Assembly (NCBI GenBank): GCA_046313635.1
Contig: JBKBYA010000004.1
Coordinates: forward strand, 96,001-160,000
Source: Pyrinomonadaceae bacterium
Lineage (GTDB): Bacteria; Acidobacteriota; Blastocatellia; Pyrinomonadales; Pyrinomonadaceae
DNA: 64,000 nucleotides
Direction of reading: 5' to 3'
Shown here: one piece after another, positions 52,401-62,063 of the stretch
How positions within the stretch are numbered: the first letter of the stretch is position 1
Layout: every line of letters starts with the position of its first letter
The notes under the pieces: model-generated
Seen by the model: the letters and a program-made list of their open reading frames with translations, nothing else
Told to the model about the DNA's origin: nothing
The model's database searches: none
Translations under genes and position numbers: made by a program

Positions 52401-53113
52401 CGCAGCCGCTCGATGTCGCCGAGCGAATCGGTGTCGAGGGCGTGCCGATAAAGGGCCCACTTCGCCAGAGCTCGAGAGACAGGCTGTGACGTGTCGGCCT
52501 CGAGCCGCGCGATGAGCGGCTTTGCCCGCTCAAAGTCGACCCGCGCCAGAGCGAGCAGCTCGGCCTGGTTGGTAACGTACCCGCCCGAGTCGCGCACTTT
52601 GCGCGCAGCACGCTCGAGATCGTCGACAAACATCGGCGAGTTGTACATCAGCCACCGGCGCAGCTCGGTACGCTCTTCGCCGTCACGCGACGAGGCCGAG
52701 TGCTCGTAAACGCGCCTGACCGTGTCGGCGACACGATCGTTCGCCGGTAAGATGCGCAGCAGGCGACCGAGCAGTTCGGGCCGGCGCTCGGCCTCGTCGA
52801 GCAGACGCTGCGTCGTACGGTCGGACGGCGTCGGCTTGTATTCGAGCCCGGAGACGCGGCCCGGCTGCGCCGTCCAGTAGTCGATCAGGTCCCCGATCGG
52901 TGCGTTGTCGGGAGGCGGATTTTTGTGATCGTAGAACGTATCGTCGCGGCGAGCGTCGTTTCGCGGCCAGATCGGATTGGGCGGCGGCGGCGCCGGTAGT
53001 TTAAGCAGCGTGAGGACGGGGTCTTGCTTGGCCCGTGTGCCGTGAACGATCAGCAGCGAGGCGATCGTCAAAAGCACGACGCAGAGGGCGGCGGCCGATA
53101 AACTTCTTTTCAT
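49418..53113 (-). CDS. Large exported hypothetical protein with HEAT/ARM-like helical repeats and a beta-rich C-terminus
   Basis: Signal peptide; SVPGLVKLL and AIPALRRI HEAT-like units; VTPNGKWLV propeller-like strand. Confidence 0.65.
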   Translation of the reverse strand: MKRSLSAAALCVVLLTIASLLIVHGTRAKQDPVLTLLKLPAPPPPNPIWPRNDARRDDTFYDHKNPPPDNAPIGDLIDYWTAQPGRVSGLEYKPTPSDRTTQRLLDEAERRPELLGRLLRILPANDRVADTVRRVYEHSASSRDGEERTELRRWLMYNSPMFVDDLERAARKVRDSGGYVTNQAELLALARVDFERAKPLIARLEADTSQPVSRALAKWALYRHALDTDSLGDIERLRDELKAIVEDKSNPDGLRDLANDALVHERDWPGRDEWFYSLFSDETLVNMPRFTGLTTLVLYSPPEKYVAKMIELTRSTNITVRTMAVRNLLIPLRRTSDPEIVRALLPWLENAKWITENANSRNAIVTALETIKMPDSVPGLVKLLDEKDRRPAYGSNSNAAATSSMNSNSTRAVVSNSGMAMTNASYVADSVYPHRYAALGALAFQRDARAIPALRRIYNQTEGYERQRVVTALHACGAFSAEEQVAAMEAFARAAPDISEPVDGPAVKDRADRLESLSGGDIKMQLGMHLMTLTEMEDDVVRAAISRIRVLDKRDPPIAGVLRSVVLKWQSDAVDQLLISDLRAGRVDPDSIVRLLARRENIRQKLAGDVLDLRDGPPAAAAVSACLIEDESDLDKVLAAGPDAARTMLFACGRLIRARIAVARAAEFLRSGDALLRLAAEKFLETEDSPEARRIVLSLHPDEALVLGAREYFEADDPSWEGGPWLETLLGTDGYSGPAYVEEEDGPRAPESEAPPDSEKHLRDEIRSDRQLLGVYSWADSVVRVYGDRVVLAWYEDKSRYRERVLRPEEFARLRDHLARSDVDDLKPFLGCGSSECLAPMQFVALGRAGGRRVYARTDRVPEFFATLDSILRDLKREPSVLKYELSKKVPGLDVLLASDDLEAQTVWKNGPDLRVLVSSRSARARSEAELHEMSAEIYSSVTDDDDGTARAEAFARAEALSQSYVWKGYSWQSLGPGGSLAPAAQPPGIDRPPAADDLPVRPEPAQWRSRVANFEIRSNSQALFKVSAGKLTKLRDGRYNGFVVTPNGKWLVAIKSSDEGFSLVRINLFNGREYKVPLADRPFTMPVAYVGVKGKVLLSARYYDEEYYDAAVDTERPEGGPADLWLDPETGMLIPASGELRPLFHQTFRPLQQSSASTSVWAALPDKRGSGTSVGLLDLAAMRFEPRLTIPSISFDSMDMWVDESESRVYFVYSGHVLALPLPAKPAGLR

Positions 53114-53377
53114 TTTGGGAAGATCCAACTCCAGGATTAAGCGATTATAATCGTTTGTCTTGCTCTGGCAAGCTATTTGGGCCGCGGCTCCGACAGCCCG
53201 GCCAGCCTGTTGCACGGCCGTGCCCGAGGGTTATATGATTTTTGGGCAAACCTCGCGGTCCCTTCGATGCAGATCTCCGTTAGCCTTACTGCAAACCGGT
53301 ACTAATTCGAGCGACTCACATTCCGTTTGTTACAAGCTGACCCGGGCAGGCAAATTCTTATGGAGACGTCTTAATTG

Positions 53378-56300
53378 ATGACCTCGAAAATTCGTATCGC
53401 GATCGCCCTGGCGATCGTTGCGGCGGCGACCGCTGCTGCCTTCATTCTCTTGCGACCGGCCGACCGACAGGGCGTCGTGCTTGCCGGCGCGTCCGACCTC
53501 GGTGTCGAGGTCCCCAACACCAACGGGAAGGTCCGCCAATATGAGAATGGCGTCTTCAAGATCGAGCCCGACAACTTCGCGGTGACCGGCAACCTGCGCG
53601 ATCTGCCGAGCCTCGACCTCAACAGCGACGAAGTGAAGCTCGTAGAAGAAAAGCTCGAAGAGCGCCGCGAAAAGATGGCCGACGCCGAACGCCTTGCCAA
53701 GGGCCTCGCGCCGATGACCGCCGAGCAAAAAGAGAAGTGGGAGATCAATCAGCGCAACGCCGAGCGCGTCAAGCGCATCGTTCCCGGTGCAGGCCTCGGC
53801 GACGAGCGATTCAAAGACCCGCTTGTCGATAAGGCGGTCGGCATGACGGGCGATCCGCTGGCGATGCCGACGCCGTCGCTGACCTTTAACGGCGCGGGGA
53901 TGGCAGACAATTCGTCGGCCGGTGCGGGCACGGGCTTCACGCCGCCGGACGTCAACGGCGACGTCGGCCCGAATCATTACGTCAGCTCGATCAACCTCGT
54001 CATCAAGATCTTTGACAAGAACGGAAATGTCATCGGCACTCCGAAAAAGACGAGCGACCTGTTTGCCGCCCTGCCGGCCAACGACCCGTGCCGCACGCGC
54101 AACGACGGCGATCCGGTCGTGGTGTACGACTCGATGGCCGACCGCTGGGTCATAACGCAGTTCGGCGTGCCGACCGTCGACAATATCGGCAGCAGCAACT
54201 ACGAGTGCGTGGCCGTCTCGACGACCGGCGACCCGACCGGTTCGTACTACGTCTGGAGCTACCTCTATCCCGGAAATCTTTTTAACGATTACCCGAAGAT
54301 CGGCGTCTGGCCGGACGCCTATCATATGACGTTCAACCAGTTCAATAACGCCGGCACCGCGTATCTCGGAATGGGGATCATGAGCCAGCAGCGTTCAAAG
54401 GCCCTGATCGGCGACCCGGCGACGCCGGTCATTTACAAGAACATCGCGCCGATCGACCCGGACGCGAGCGGAGGCCTGCCGATGGACGTCGACGGCATCG
54501 TCCCGCCGCCGGCGGGCCTGGCCGAGGTGATCGCCGAGTTTCGCGCCGACGAGTTTGGCGACCCGCAGGATGCGATCCGGTTCTATAAATGGGTGCCCAA
54601 CTTCGCGTCGCCGGCAAGCTCGATGCTGACCGTGCTGCCCGACGTTCCGCTTGCGCCGTTTGACGCTCGTTCGCCGACGTCCACGTCGGCGGTCAACGAG
54701 GTCTCGGGCGGATCGTCGCTCGACGCGATCGCCGATCGTCTGATGCACCGGCTCGCGTATCGCAATCTCGGTACGTACTCGTCGCCGGTCAATTCGATCG
54801 TCGGCAACTTCACGGTAAACGTCAGCGGCGTGGCGCCGACCGGCGCGTCGACATATCAGTCCGGCATTCGCTGGTTTGAGATGCGCCGCAGCGGCGACGT
54901 ATTTACAGTCGCCGACCAGGGAACTCAGGCGACGGGCGCCGGCAACGGTGCCTCGGGGCTCAACAACTGGATGGGCTCGATCGCGCAGGACAATAGGGGG
55001 AATATCGCGCTCGGCTACAGCCAGTCGAGCACGACGCAGAACGCCGACATCAAGATCGCCGGCCGCACGGCCGCGCCCGGCGGCGGCACGCTGAACGAGG
55101 GCGAGGCGCTCTTTTACGACGCCGTCGCCGCACAGACGAGCGGCAGTCGCTGGGGCGACTACAGCTCGATGAATGTCGACCCGTCGGACGACTGTACCTT
55201 TTGGTACACGCAGGAGCATTACGCGGTAAACTCGGCGACCAACTTTTCGACGCGGGTCGGCAAATTCAAATTCAACGGCTGCACGCCCGCTCCGCGCGGC
55301 ACCGTCAGCGGGACGATCACGTCGTGCTCGACGGGCCAGCCGATCGCCGGCGCGAACGTCACAGCGACCGGCGGATTTCAGCGCCTCTCGGCAGCGAACG
55401 GAACTTATTCGATGTTCGTCACGCCGGGAACGTACACGGTCGGGGCCGACAAGCTCTCGCAGGGATTTCTCGGCGCTTCGCAAAACGTCAGCGTCACAGA
55501 CGGCGGCACGGCCACCGTCAACATCTGCCTGTCGGGCGTGCCCGTGCTCGCGCAGGACGGCGTGTCGATCGTCACGGAGAGCTGCGGCCTGCCCAATCAG
55601 GCTCCCGATCCCGGCGAGGTGATGACCGTTTCGCTTGCGATCGGCAATTCCGGAGCGTCTTCGACGGCCGACCTGACGGCGACGCTGCAAAACACCGGCG
55701 GCGTCACCAACGCAGGCGCGCCGCAGAATTACGGAGCGATCGCGCCCGGAACGTCGGCGACGCGAAACTTTACGTTCCGTGTCGATCCGGCGCTCACATG
55801 CGGCAGCGTCGTCACGCTGACGTGGAGCGTCTCGGACGGCGCGACCAATTTCGGCACGATGACAAAGACGTACGCGACCGGAACTTCGGTCGTCAACCTT
55901 GCGCAAAATTTTGACGGCGTCTCGGCGCCGGCACTGCCCGCGGGCTGGACGCAGGTCCAGACCTCTGGCACCGGTATCAACTGGGTAACGAGCGCCGCGG
56001 GCCCCAGCTCGGCGCCGAACTCGGCTTTTGCCAACGACCCTGCGACGGTCAACGCCTCGGCGATCGTGAGCCCGGCATTCAGCGTCGCGGTGCCTAATGC
56101 GTCGCTCACTTTCCAAAAGAAATTCGTGACCGAGAGCGGATTTGACGGTGCGGTGCTCGAGATCAAGATCGGCGGCGGCGCGTGGCAGGACATCCTGACC
56201 GCCGGCGGAGCATTTGTCTCGGGCGGTTACAACGGCACGATCAGCACCGGCTACAGCAGCCCGATCGGCGGCCGCCAGGCCTGGACGGGCTCGAGCGCGG

Positions 56301-57313
56301 CGTACACGCAGACGCAGGTCACGCTGCCCGCCGCGGCAAACGGACAGAGCGTTCAGCTTCGCTGGCTGATGGCCTCCGACTCGTCTCAGGCCTCGACGGG
56401 CTTTAACCTCGACGACGTGCAGGTGGTCGCCGGGGTGACATGCCAGACGTGCTCGGCACCGGCAGCGGTGCGTCCGTTCGACTTTGACGGTGACGGGAAG
56501 ACGGATGTGTCGGTGTTCCGGCCTGGGGCGAGTGCATCTTGGTGGTGGATCCGGTCGAGCAATTCGGTGGCTGTCGGCAACTCGTTCGGTACGACGAGCG
56601 ATGTTCCGGTGCCGGCGGATTACACCGGTGACGGCAAGACGGACATGGCCTTTTTCCGTCCGAGCAATCTGAACTGGTATGTCGTCAGAAGCGAGAACAA
56701 CACGTTCTACTCCGGAGCGTTCGGTCTTGCGAGCGACGTTCAGGTGCCGGCCGATTACGACGGCGACGGCAAGGCGGATGTCGCGGCCTTCCGCAACGGC
56801 ACGTGGTTCATCCTGAGAAGTTCGGATTCGCAGGTGCAGACCTCGGCGTTCGGACAATCGGGCGACAAGCCGATCCCGGCCGACTTCGACGGCGACGGCA
56901 AGGCTGACCTTGCGATCTTCCGCAATGCGGGAGGCGTCGGGCAGTTCTGGGTGCTGCGCTCGACGGCGGGGCTGATCGCCGCACAGTTCGGCAACGGCAC
57001 GGACACGCCTGTGCCGTCCGACTTTACCGGCGACGGCAAGGCTGACATGGCGTTCTACCGCGACGGCGCAAGCCCGAACAACTGGTTCGTCCTCAGAAGC
57101 AACGACAACTTTGCGAGCTTCTTTGCGTTCCCGTTCGGCGTCGCGGGCGATAAGCCGACGATCGGCGACTTCGACGGCGACGGCACGACCGACGCGGCGG
57201 TCTTCAGGCCCAGCAACTCCAACTGGTACCTGCAGCGCTCGACCGCAGGCTTTGTCCAGATCGCATTCGGACAAGCCGGCGACGTCGCCGTGCCGAACGT
57301 GTACGTTCGCTAG
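53378..57313 (+). CDS. Large secreted multidomain protein (uncharacterised N-domain, carboxypeptidase-regulatory-like domain, FG-GAP-like repeats)
   Basis: PPDVNGDVGPNHY and RWGDYS motifs, GTVSGTIT..PIAGANV, and C-terminal DFDGDG repeats. Confidence 0.8.
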   Translation: MTSKIRIAIALAIVAAATAAAFILLRPADRQGVVLAGASDLGVEVPNTNGKVRQYENGVFKIEPDNFAVTGNLRDLPSLDLNSDEVKLVEEKLEERREKMADAERLAKGLAPMTAEQKEKWEINQRNAERVKRIVPGAGLGDERFKDPLVDKAVGMTGDPLAMPTPSLTFNGAGMADNSSAGAGTGFTPPDVNGDVGPNHYVSSINLVIKIFDKNGNVIGTPKKTSDLFAALPANDPCRTRNDGDPVVVYDSMADRWVITQFGVPTVDNIGSSNYECVAVSTTGDPTGSYYVWSYLYPGNLFNDYPKIGVWPDAYHMTFNQFNNAGTAYLGMGIMSQQRSKALIGDPATPVIYKNIAPIDPDASGGLPMDVDGIVPPPAGLAEVIAEFRADEFGDPQDAIRFYKWVPNFASPASSMLTVLPDVPLAPFDARSPTSTSAVNEVSGGSSLDAIADRLMHRLAYRNLGTYSSPVNSIVGNFTVNVSGVAPTGASTYQSGIRWFEMRRSGDVFTVADQGTQATGAGNGASGLNNWMGSIAQDNRGNIALGYSQSSTTQNADIKIAGRTAAPGGGTLNEGEALFYDAVAAQTSGSRWGDYSSMNVDPSDDCTFWYTQEHYAVNSATNFSTRVGKFKFNGCTPAPRGTVSGTITSCSTGQPIAGANVTATGGFQRLSAANGTYSMFVTPGTYTVGADKLSQGFLGASQNVSVTDGGTATVNICLSGVPVLAQDGVSIVTESCGLPNQAPDPGEVMTVSLAIGNSGASSTADLTATLQNTGGVTNAGAPQNYGAIAPGTSATRNFTFRVDPALTCGSVVTLTWSVSDGATNFGTMTKTYATGTSVVNLAQNFDGVSAPALPAGWTQVQTSGTGINWVTSAAGPSSAPNSAFANDPATVNASAIVSPAFSVAVPNASLTFQKKFVTESGFDGAVLEIKIGGGAWQDILTAGGAFVSGGYNGTISTGYSSPIGGRQAWTGSSAAYTQTQVTLPAAANGQSVQLRWLMASDSSQASTGFNLDDVQVVAGVTCQTCSAPAAVRPFDFDGDGKTDVSVFRPGASASWWWIRSSNSVAVGNSFGTTSDVPVPADYTGDGKTDMAFFRPSNLNWYVVRSENNTFYSGAFGLASDVQVPADYDGDGKADVAAFRNGTWFILRSSDSQVQTSAFGQSGDKPIPADFDGDGKADLAIFRNAGGVGQFWVLRSTAGLIAAQFGNGTDTPVPSDFTGDGKADMAFYRDGASPNNWFVLRSNDNFASFFAFPFGVAGDKPTIGDFDGDGTTDAAVFRPSNSNWYLQRSTAGFVQIAFGQAGDVAVPNVYVR

Positions 57314-57329
57314 CGCCGGGTGATCGGCA

Positions 57330-57384
57330 ACGCTCACAAAAAAAGGTCCGGGGCCTGAGGCGCCGGGCCTTTTTTTTGTGAACG
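57330..57384 (+). terminator. Intrinsic terminator
   Basis: tcacaaaaaaaggtccgg...ccgggccttttttttgtga extended hairpin with T run. Confidence 0.75.
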
Positions 57385-57513
57385 GGCGGCCATGCGGCCA
57401 TTGACTTGAGTGCGGCGTCTTACCTAGGCTTGATGGGTGAGATTTGTCGGCCGCCGCTAACTCGCCGCCGTCATACGATCTACGGGCCTCGCTTCTTTGA
57501 GGGACTATTTCCA

Positions 57514-58977
57514 ATGACAAAGATGATCATCTTCAGGGTCAAGCTCGCGATCACGATCGCTGCGGCGCTCGCCGGCGCTGCGGGTTTTATGTGGAATGTC
57601 GGCGGCCGGCAGCGGGCGCTCGCCTCGGGCTCCGGCCCGACGCCGTCGCACACTAACGCCCCCGGCGAAGCGACGTGCACCCAATGCCATATCGATTACC
57701 CGCTCAACAGCGGCTCGGGCGGCATTGCGATCGACGGCATCCCGGGGAGATACACCAGCGGCCAGCAGATCCAGGTCTCGGTGACCGTCAGCGAGCCGTC
57801 GGCCGTGAACTTCGGATTCCAGCTTACGGCGATCGACTCGCTGGGCCGTGCCGCCGGCACATTCACGCTGCCGGCCTCGGCGCCGCCCCGGATGCAGATC
57901 GTGACCGGGATGGTCGGGGGCAATCAGCGAAGCTATGTCGAGCACACGATCGACGGCCTCTACACGCCGGGCGTCTTTGGCTCTAACACATGGACATTCA
58001 CGTGGACCGCGCCGGCGACGACGACCGGAACGGTGCGATTCTTTGCCGCGGGCAACGGAGCCGACGGTCTGGGCACGCCGGGCGGCGATTACATCTACAC
58101 GACGGCGAGGGTGGTACAGGCGAGCGGGCGACCCGACGCGGCATTCGACTTTGACGGCGACCGCCGGACGGACATCGGGATCTTTCGGCCGTCGGGCGGG
58201 CAGTGGTGGTATCAACGCAGCTCGAACGGCTCGGTTTACGCCGCCGGCTTCGGAGCGTCGACCGACGTTATAACGCCGGCAGACTTTACCGGCGACGGTA
58301 GGACGGACATCGCTTTCTTTAGGCCGTCGACCGGGAACTGGTACATTTTGCGAAGCGAGGACACGACCTATTTTGCGTTTCCATTTGGAGCGAATGGCGA
58401 CGTGCCCGTGCCGGCGGATCACGACGGCGACGGCAAGGCCGACCCCGCGGTCTATCGCCCGTCGGCGTCGACCTGGTACGTGCTCCGCTCGTCGAACGGC
58501 GTCGTCTCGGCGGCACAATTCGGCGTCGCGGGCGACAAGCCGGTCGCTGCCGATTACGACGGCGACGGCAAGGCGGACATAGCTATTTTCAGGCCGAGCG
58601 GTGCCTCGGGCGGCGCCGAGTGGTGGATCTTGAGATCGACCGGCGGCGCCGTGGGCATCCCCTTTGGCAGCGAACAGGACCTGCCGGTGCCGGCCGACTG
58701 GACCGGCGACGGACGGGCCGACATCGCCTTTTTCAGACCGGGCACGTCGCAGTGGTACGTTCTGCGGAGCGAGGACTCGAGCTACTTTGCGTTTCCATTC
58801 GGAGCCGCTGGCGACGTGCCCGCGCCCGGCGATTATGACGGCGACGCGAGGATTGATGCCGCGGTATTCAGACCGTCGAACCAGACGTGGTTCGTCAATA
58901 AGAGCTCGGGCGGGACGCAGATCGTCGCGTTCGGTGCGGCGGGCGACCTGCCCATTCCGAGCGCCTTTGTCCGCTGA
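57514..58977 (+). CDS. Secreted Reeler/choice-of-anchor V-like protein with one CxxCH and FG-GAP-like repeats
   Basis: TNAPGEATCTQCH, FGFQLTA, WTFTWTAP and GDYIYT motifs; C-terminal DGDG repeats. Confidence 0.8.
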   Translation: MTKMIIFRVKLAITIAAALAGAAGFMWNVGGRQRALASGSGPTPSHTNAPGEATCTQCHIDYPLNSGSGGIAIDGIPGRYTSGQQIQVSVTVSEPSAVNFGFQLTAIDSLGRAAGTFTLPASAPPRMQIVTGMVGGNQRSYVEHTIDGLYTPGVFGSNTWTFTWTAPATTTGTVRFFAAGNGADGLGTPGGDYIYTTARVVQASGRPDAAFDFDGDRRTDIGIFRPSGGQWWYQRSSNGSVYAAGFGASTDVITPADFTGDGRTDIAFFRPSTGNWYILRSEDTTYFAFPFGANGDVPVPADHDGDGKADPAVYRPSASTWYVLRSSNGVVSAAQFGVAGDKPVAADYDGDGKADIAIFRPSGASGGAEWWILRSTGGAVGIPFGSEQDLPVPADWTGDGRADIAFFRPGTSQWYVLRSEDSSYFAFPFGAAGDVPAPGDYDGDARIDAAVFRPSNQTWFVNKSSGGTQIVAFGAAGDLPIPSAFVR

Positions 58978-59000
58978 TCTGAGCTGCAGCTTAGGAGGTG

Positions 59001-59942
59001 TCAGCCACGGCGGCCCGTGACGGCTGCCGTGCTTTCGCCAAATATCGCCTTTACCGCTCTGATCGTGTTGCAGTGGATCTCGACCGTGTCGGCGATGTCG
59101 CGGGCGTAGCCTCCGCTCATCGTTGTCACGATCGGCACGCCGCGCCGTCTCGCAGCATCCAGCACCATCTCGTCCCGCCGCCGCAGACCGGCGATCGTAA
59201 GCTTAAGCCGGCCGAGCTTGTCCTGCTCATACGGATCGGCGCCGGCAAGATAAAAAATGATCTCGGGCTCGTGGAGGTGGACGATGCGATGCAGAGCTTC
59301 GGAGAGGATCGACAGATACTCGTCGTCGCCCGTGCCGTCGCTCAGCTCGATATCGAGCGCCGACCGCTGTTTAAAGAGCGGATAATTCTTGGCGCCGTGC
59401 ATCGAGAACGTAAACACTTCGGGATCGTCTCTAAAGATGAATGCCGTGCCGTCGCCCTGATGGACGTCGAGATCGACGACAAGCGCGCGACGCGCGAGGC
59501 GGTCACGCTGCAGCACCCTGACGGCGACAGCGACGTCGTTCAGGACGCAGTAGCCCTCGCCGCGGTCGGGATAAGCGTGGTGCGTACCGCCGGCGAGATT
59601 TGACGCGACGCCGAACTCGACCGCGCGACGGGCCGCGTTGATCGTGCCCGAGATCGCGTGGAACGAGCGCCTCACGAGCGAAGGTGACCACGGCAGACCG
59701 AGCTTGCGGACCTCTTTTGCCGTCAGTTCGCCCGCTCGCAGCCTCGCGATGTAATCCTCCGTGTGAACGAGGAGCACGTCGGCGGGGTCGGCCTCAGCGG
59801 GCTCGACGATCTCGGCGGCGCTAAGCGTGCCCTCGGCAAGCAGGATGTCGCGGGCAAGCTCGAACTTGCGGATAGGGAAGACGTGGCCCTCACCGATGTC
59901 GGCGTAGTAGTAGGGCGAATAGAAGACTCGGTAACAGCTCAC
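59001..59942 (-). CDS. Histone deacetylase family (Zn-dependent) amidohydrolase
   Basis: GGTHHA, DLDVHQGDGT, AGAD and SGGY motifs. Confidence 0.92.
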   Translation of the reverse strand: MSCYRVFYSPYYYADIGEGHVFPIRKFELARDILLAEGTLSAAEIVEPAEADPADVLLVHTEDYIARLRAGELTAKEVRKLGLPWSPSLVRRSFHAISGTINAARRAVEFGVASNLAGGTHHAYPDRGEGYCVLNDVAVAVRVLQRDRLARRALVVDLDVHQGDGTAFIFRDDPEVFTFSMHGAKNYPLFKQRSALDIELSDGTGDDEYLSILSEALHRIVHLHEPEIIFYLAGADPYEQDKLGRLKLTIAGLRRRDEMVLDAARRRGVPIVTTMSGGYARDIADTVEIHCNTIRAVKAIFGESTAAVTGRRG

Positions 59943-59964
59943 TCGTCTGGACTCTGTACGGCCG

Positions 59965-61428
59965 CTATTTTTGCGTCGAGGCCGGCGCCGGACGGCCGGT
60001 GAGAAGTGCGAGGTATGTGCCGGCGATCGTCTGATCGTTCATCAACTTTTGATGCTCGGCGCACGCAAAGAATTTGATGCTTACCGGAAACAGCGGCCGC
60101 GACAATACGACCGGCAGCAGCGAGTCGCGTGTGACGCGTCCGTCGCCGCTGGCGAACATCACTTTGGCGACCTCGTCTCGCGAAAACTCGCCGCCGGCCG
60201 GCCGCTTGATCTTTTCGGGCTGGGTCAAGGTGGTCCACTTATCGTCCTTGCCGTTGCGCATCAGGATCGCCGCGTTGAGAGTCGGCTCGCACTCGCTGCC
60301 GTAAACGAGCATCTCCACGGGCGACGAATCGACGGGGCCGTTGATCGCCGCGCTGAACTGCCGAGCTCGCGAGAGGGCCGCCGCGAGAAATGCCGATGCG
60401 CCGCGATATGTCGTCGCGGCGAGAAGCTCGTCGTCGTGGTTACGCTTTTTCCATTCGATGGGCTTGACGCCCGGGATCGTGCCGGCGTCTCGCAGCTTAC
60501 CGAGAAACTTGGGATCGGCGATCGCTCCCCAGCGGTACCGCACCCAATTCGCGGCGTCGAATATATCGACCTTCAGCGGTTTGAGGTCGCCGTCAAAGAA
60601 CTTTACGTCCGGCCCGCTCGGCAAAAGCTGGTACAAGGCCGGGATCGAGAAAACGTCGTCCGGTCCGAGATCGGTGACCCACGGCAGCTTGCGGCCGGCG
60701 ATGCTGTAGCCGCGCGTCAAAACCTCAAAGGCCGAGAACGAACCGAGATTCGGCACGCCAAACATAAGGATCCGGTTAATGTGACGAGCTCCGGCCCACG
60801 TCACGCGCGGCGTGCCCCGAGCCGGGAGGTCGGCCGCTCCGAACCGTGCCGCATAATTGGCGACCAGTCCGCCCATTGAATGAGCGAGGATATCGAACTT
60901 GAGATCCGGACGACCGAGCTTCGCCTTTAAGGCTTCGATCTTGTGGATCAAGAGCTGCGCCGATTCGACATTGTCACGCCGCCAGTCGTAGGCAAAGACG
61001 TAGTAGACGTCCGAGGCCTTCGGCTTATTCCAGTCGCCTTCTTCATAGCCTGCCTTGCGGAGCCCGGCGAGAGCGTCGCCATAGACGCCGATCTCGGGAA
61101 GTACCTTTAGAATGCCGGGCAGCTTTACCTCGCGAATGATGTCGGAGGCGACGAGCGTATCGCGGTTTGCACGGAGATTTGCCGTGATCGGCAGCCGCAG
61201 GTCGTCGGGCTCGTCCCGGCTGAAGCCGAACGTGAACCATACGGTCTTGCCGGTATCGGAGCTCACAATGGTCGAACCGGTGACGCCCGGGATGATGATC
61301 ACGGGACGCTTCGGTTCGGCCGGCGCCTCGCTCGCCGCTTTGTCCTGCGCGTCGGCGTATGACAGACCGAAAATAAAAAGAGCCAGCGTGAGCTGGAGCA
61401 GAGACGTTATCGACCTGTATCTGTTCAT
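59965..61428 (-). CDS. Secreted alpha/beta hydrolase (LCAT/PGAP1-like lipase/acyltransferase)
   Basis: PVIIIPGVTGS, YDWRR, AHSMGG, GDGRV and EH motifs. Confidence 0.85.
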   Translation of the reverse strand: MNRYRSITSLLQLTLALFIFGLSYADAQDKAASEAPAEPKRPVIIIPGVTGSTIVSSDTGKTVWFTFGFSRDEPDDLRLPITANLRANRDTLVASDIIREVKLPGILKVLPEIGVYGDALAGLRKAGYEEGDWNKPKASDVYYVFAYDWRRDNVESAQLLIHKIEALKAKLGRPDLKFDILAHSMGGLVANYAARFGAADLPARGTPRVTWAGARHINRILMFGVPNLGSFSAFEVLTRGYSIAGRKLPWVTDLGPDDVFSIPALYQLLPSGPDVKFFDGDLKPLKVDIFDAANWVRYRWGAIADPKFLGKLRDAGTIPGVKPIEWKKRNHDDELLAATTYRGASAFLAAALSRARQFSAAINGPVDSSPVEMLVYGSECEPTLNAAILMRNGKDDKWTTLTQPEKIKRPAGGEFSRDEVAKVMFASGDGRVTRDSLLPVVLSRPLFPVSIKFFACAEHQKLMNDQTIAGTYLALLTGRPAPASTQK

Positions 61429-61729
61429 TTGTCCTAACGTGTCATAAAGCGGCGCACGGGTCAAACAGATCTCCCGCGGCGAGCGCCTCTGCGACGCGAG
61501 AAGGGCAGCATCGAATGCGGCCGTGTGACTTGTCGATGATATATCTGCCGGAAGAGTTTGATAGGAACGAACGATCTAAGAAAAACCGGCTTTGAAAAGG
61601 TGGTGCGGCTTGAGTTCGGGAAACCCAAGCCGCGAATATTGAAAGGACAAACTGTAGGCCAGCGGAGTAGTAGGCAAAAGGCAGTGTTGTCAAGGGCAGG
61701 ATGTGTACACGACGAGCAGATTTCTCCGC

Positions 61730-62047
61730 TTATCTATTCGCCTGTACGGGAACTTTTGACTCACGGGCGGGCGTGAGGCCCATCTTTTGGGCTTCGCGCA
61801 TAATCGTCTGTGGGTCGGTCTTCAGAGTGTGGATCTCTTCCTGAAGGTCGAGATTTTCATTCGTCAGATTCTGTATTTGCCAGGTGAGGTTCTGGTTTTC
61901 CTCAGCCTCGCGGGACAATTCGGTGAATGCCCGGTAGTTGATCGTCAGGCACAGCATAAAGACCATTGCCGAGACGATGGCGAATGCGATGTAGCGCGAT
62001 GCCGCGGCATTCGCCGGCTTTTTATTGTTTCCCCTTTTCACAGTCAT
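61730..62047 (-). CDS. Septum formation initiator family protein (FtsB/FtsL-like)
   Basis: Short basic N-tail, one TM helix, coiled coil, LKTDPQTIMREAQKMGL. Confidence 0.7.
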   Translation of the reverse strand: MTVKRGNNKKPANAAASRYIAFAIVSAMVFMLCLTINYRAFTELSREAEENQNLTWQIQNLTNENLDLQEEIHTLKTDPQTIMREAQKMGLTPARESKVPVQANR

Positions 62048-62063
62048 AAAACTACTGACCAGA

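Noticed and set aside
54395..57520. 1041-aa minus-strand ORF and similar long antisense ORFs (e.g. 2211-3563, 31020-32645, 16652-17806)
   Set aside because: Shadow frames of well-supported genes in high-GC DNA, with no recognisable motifs.
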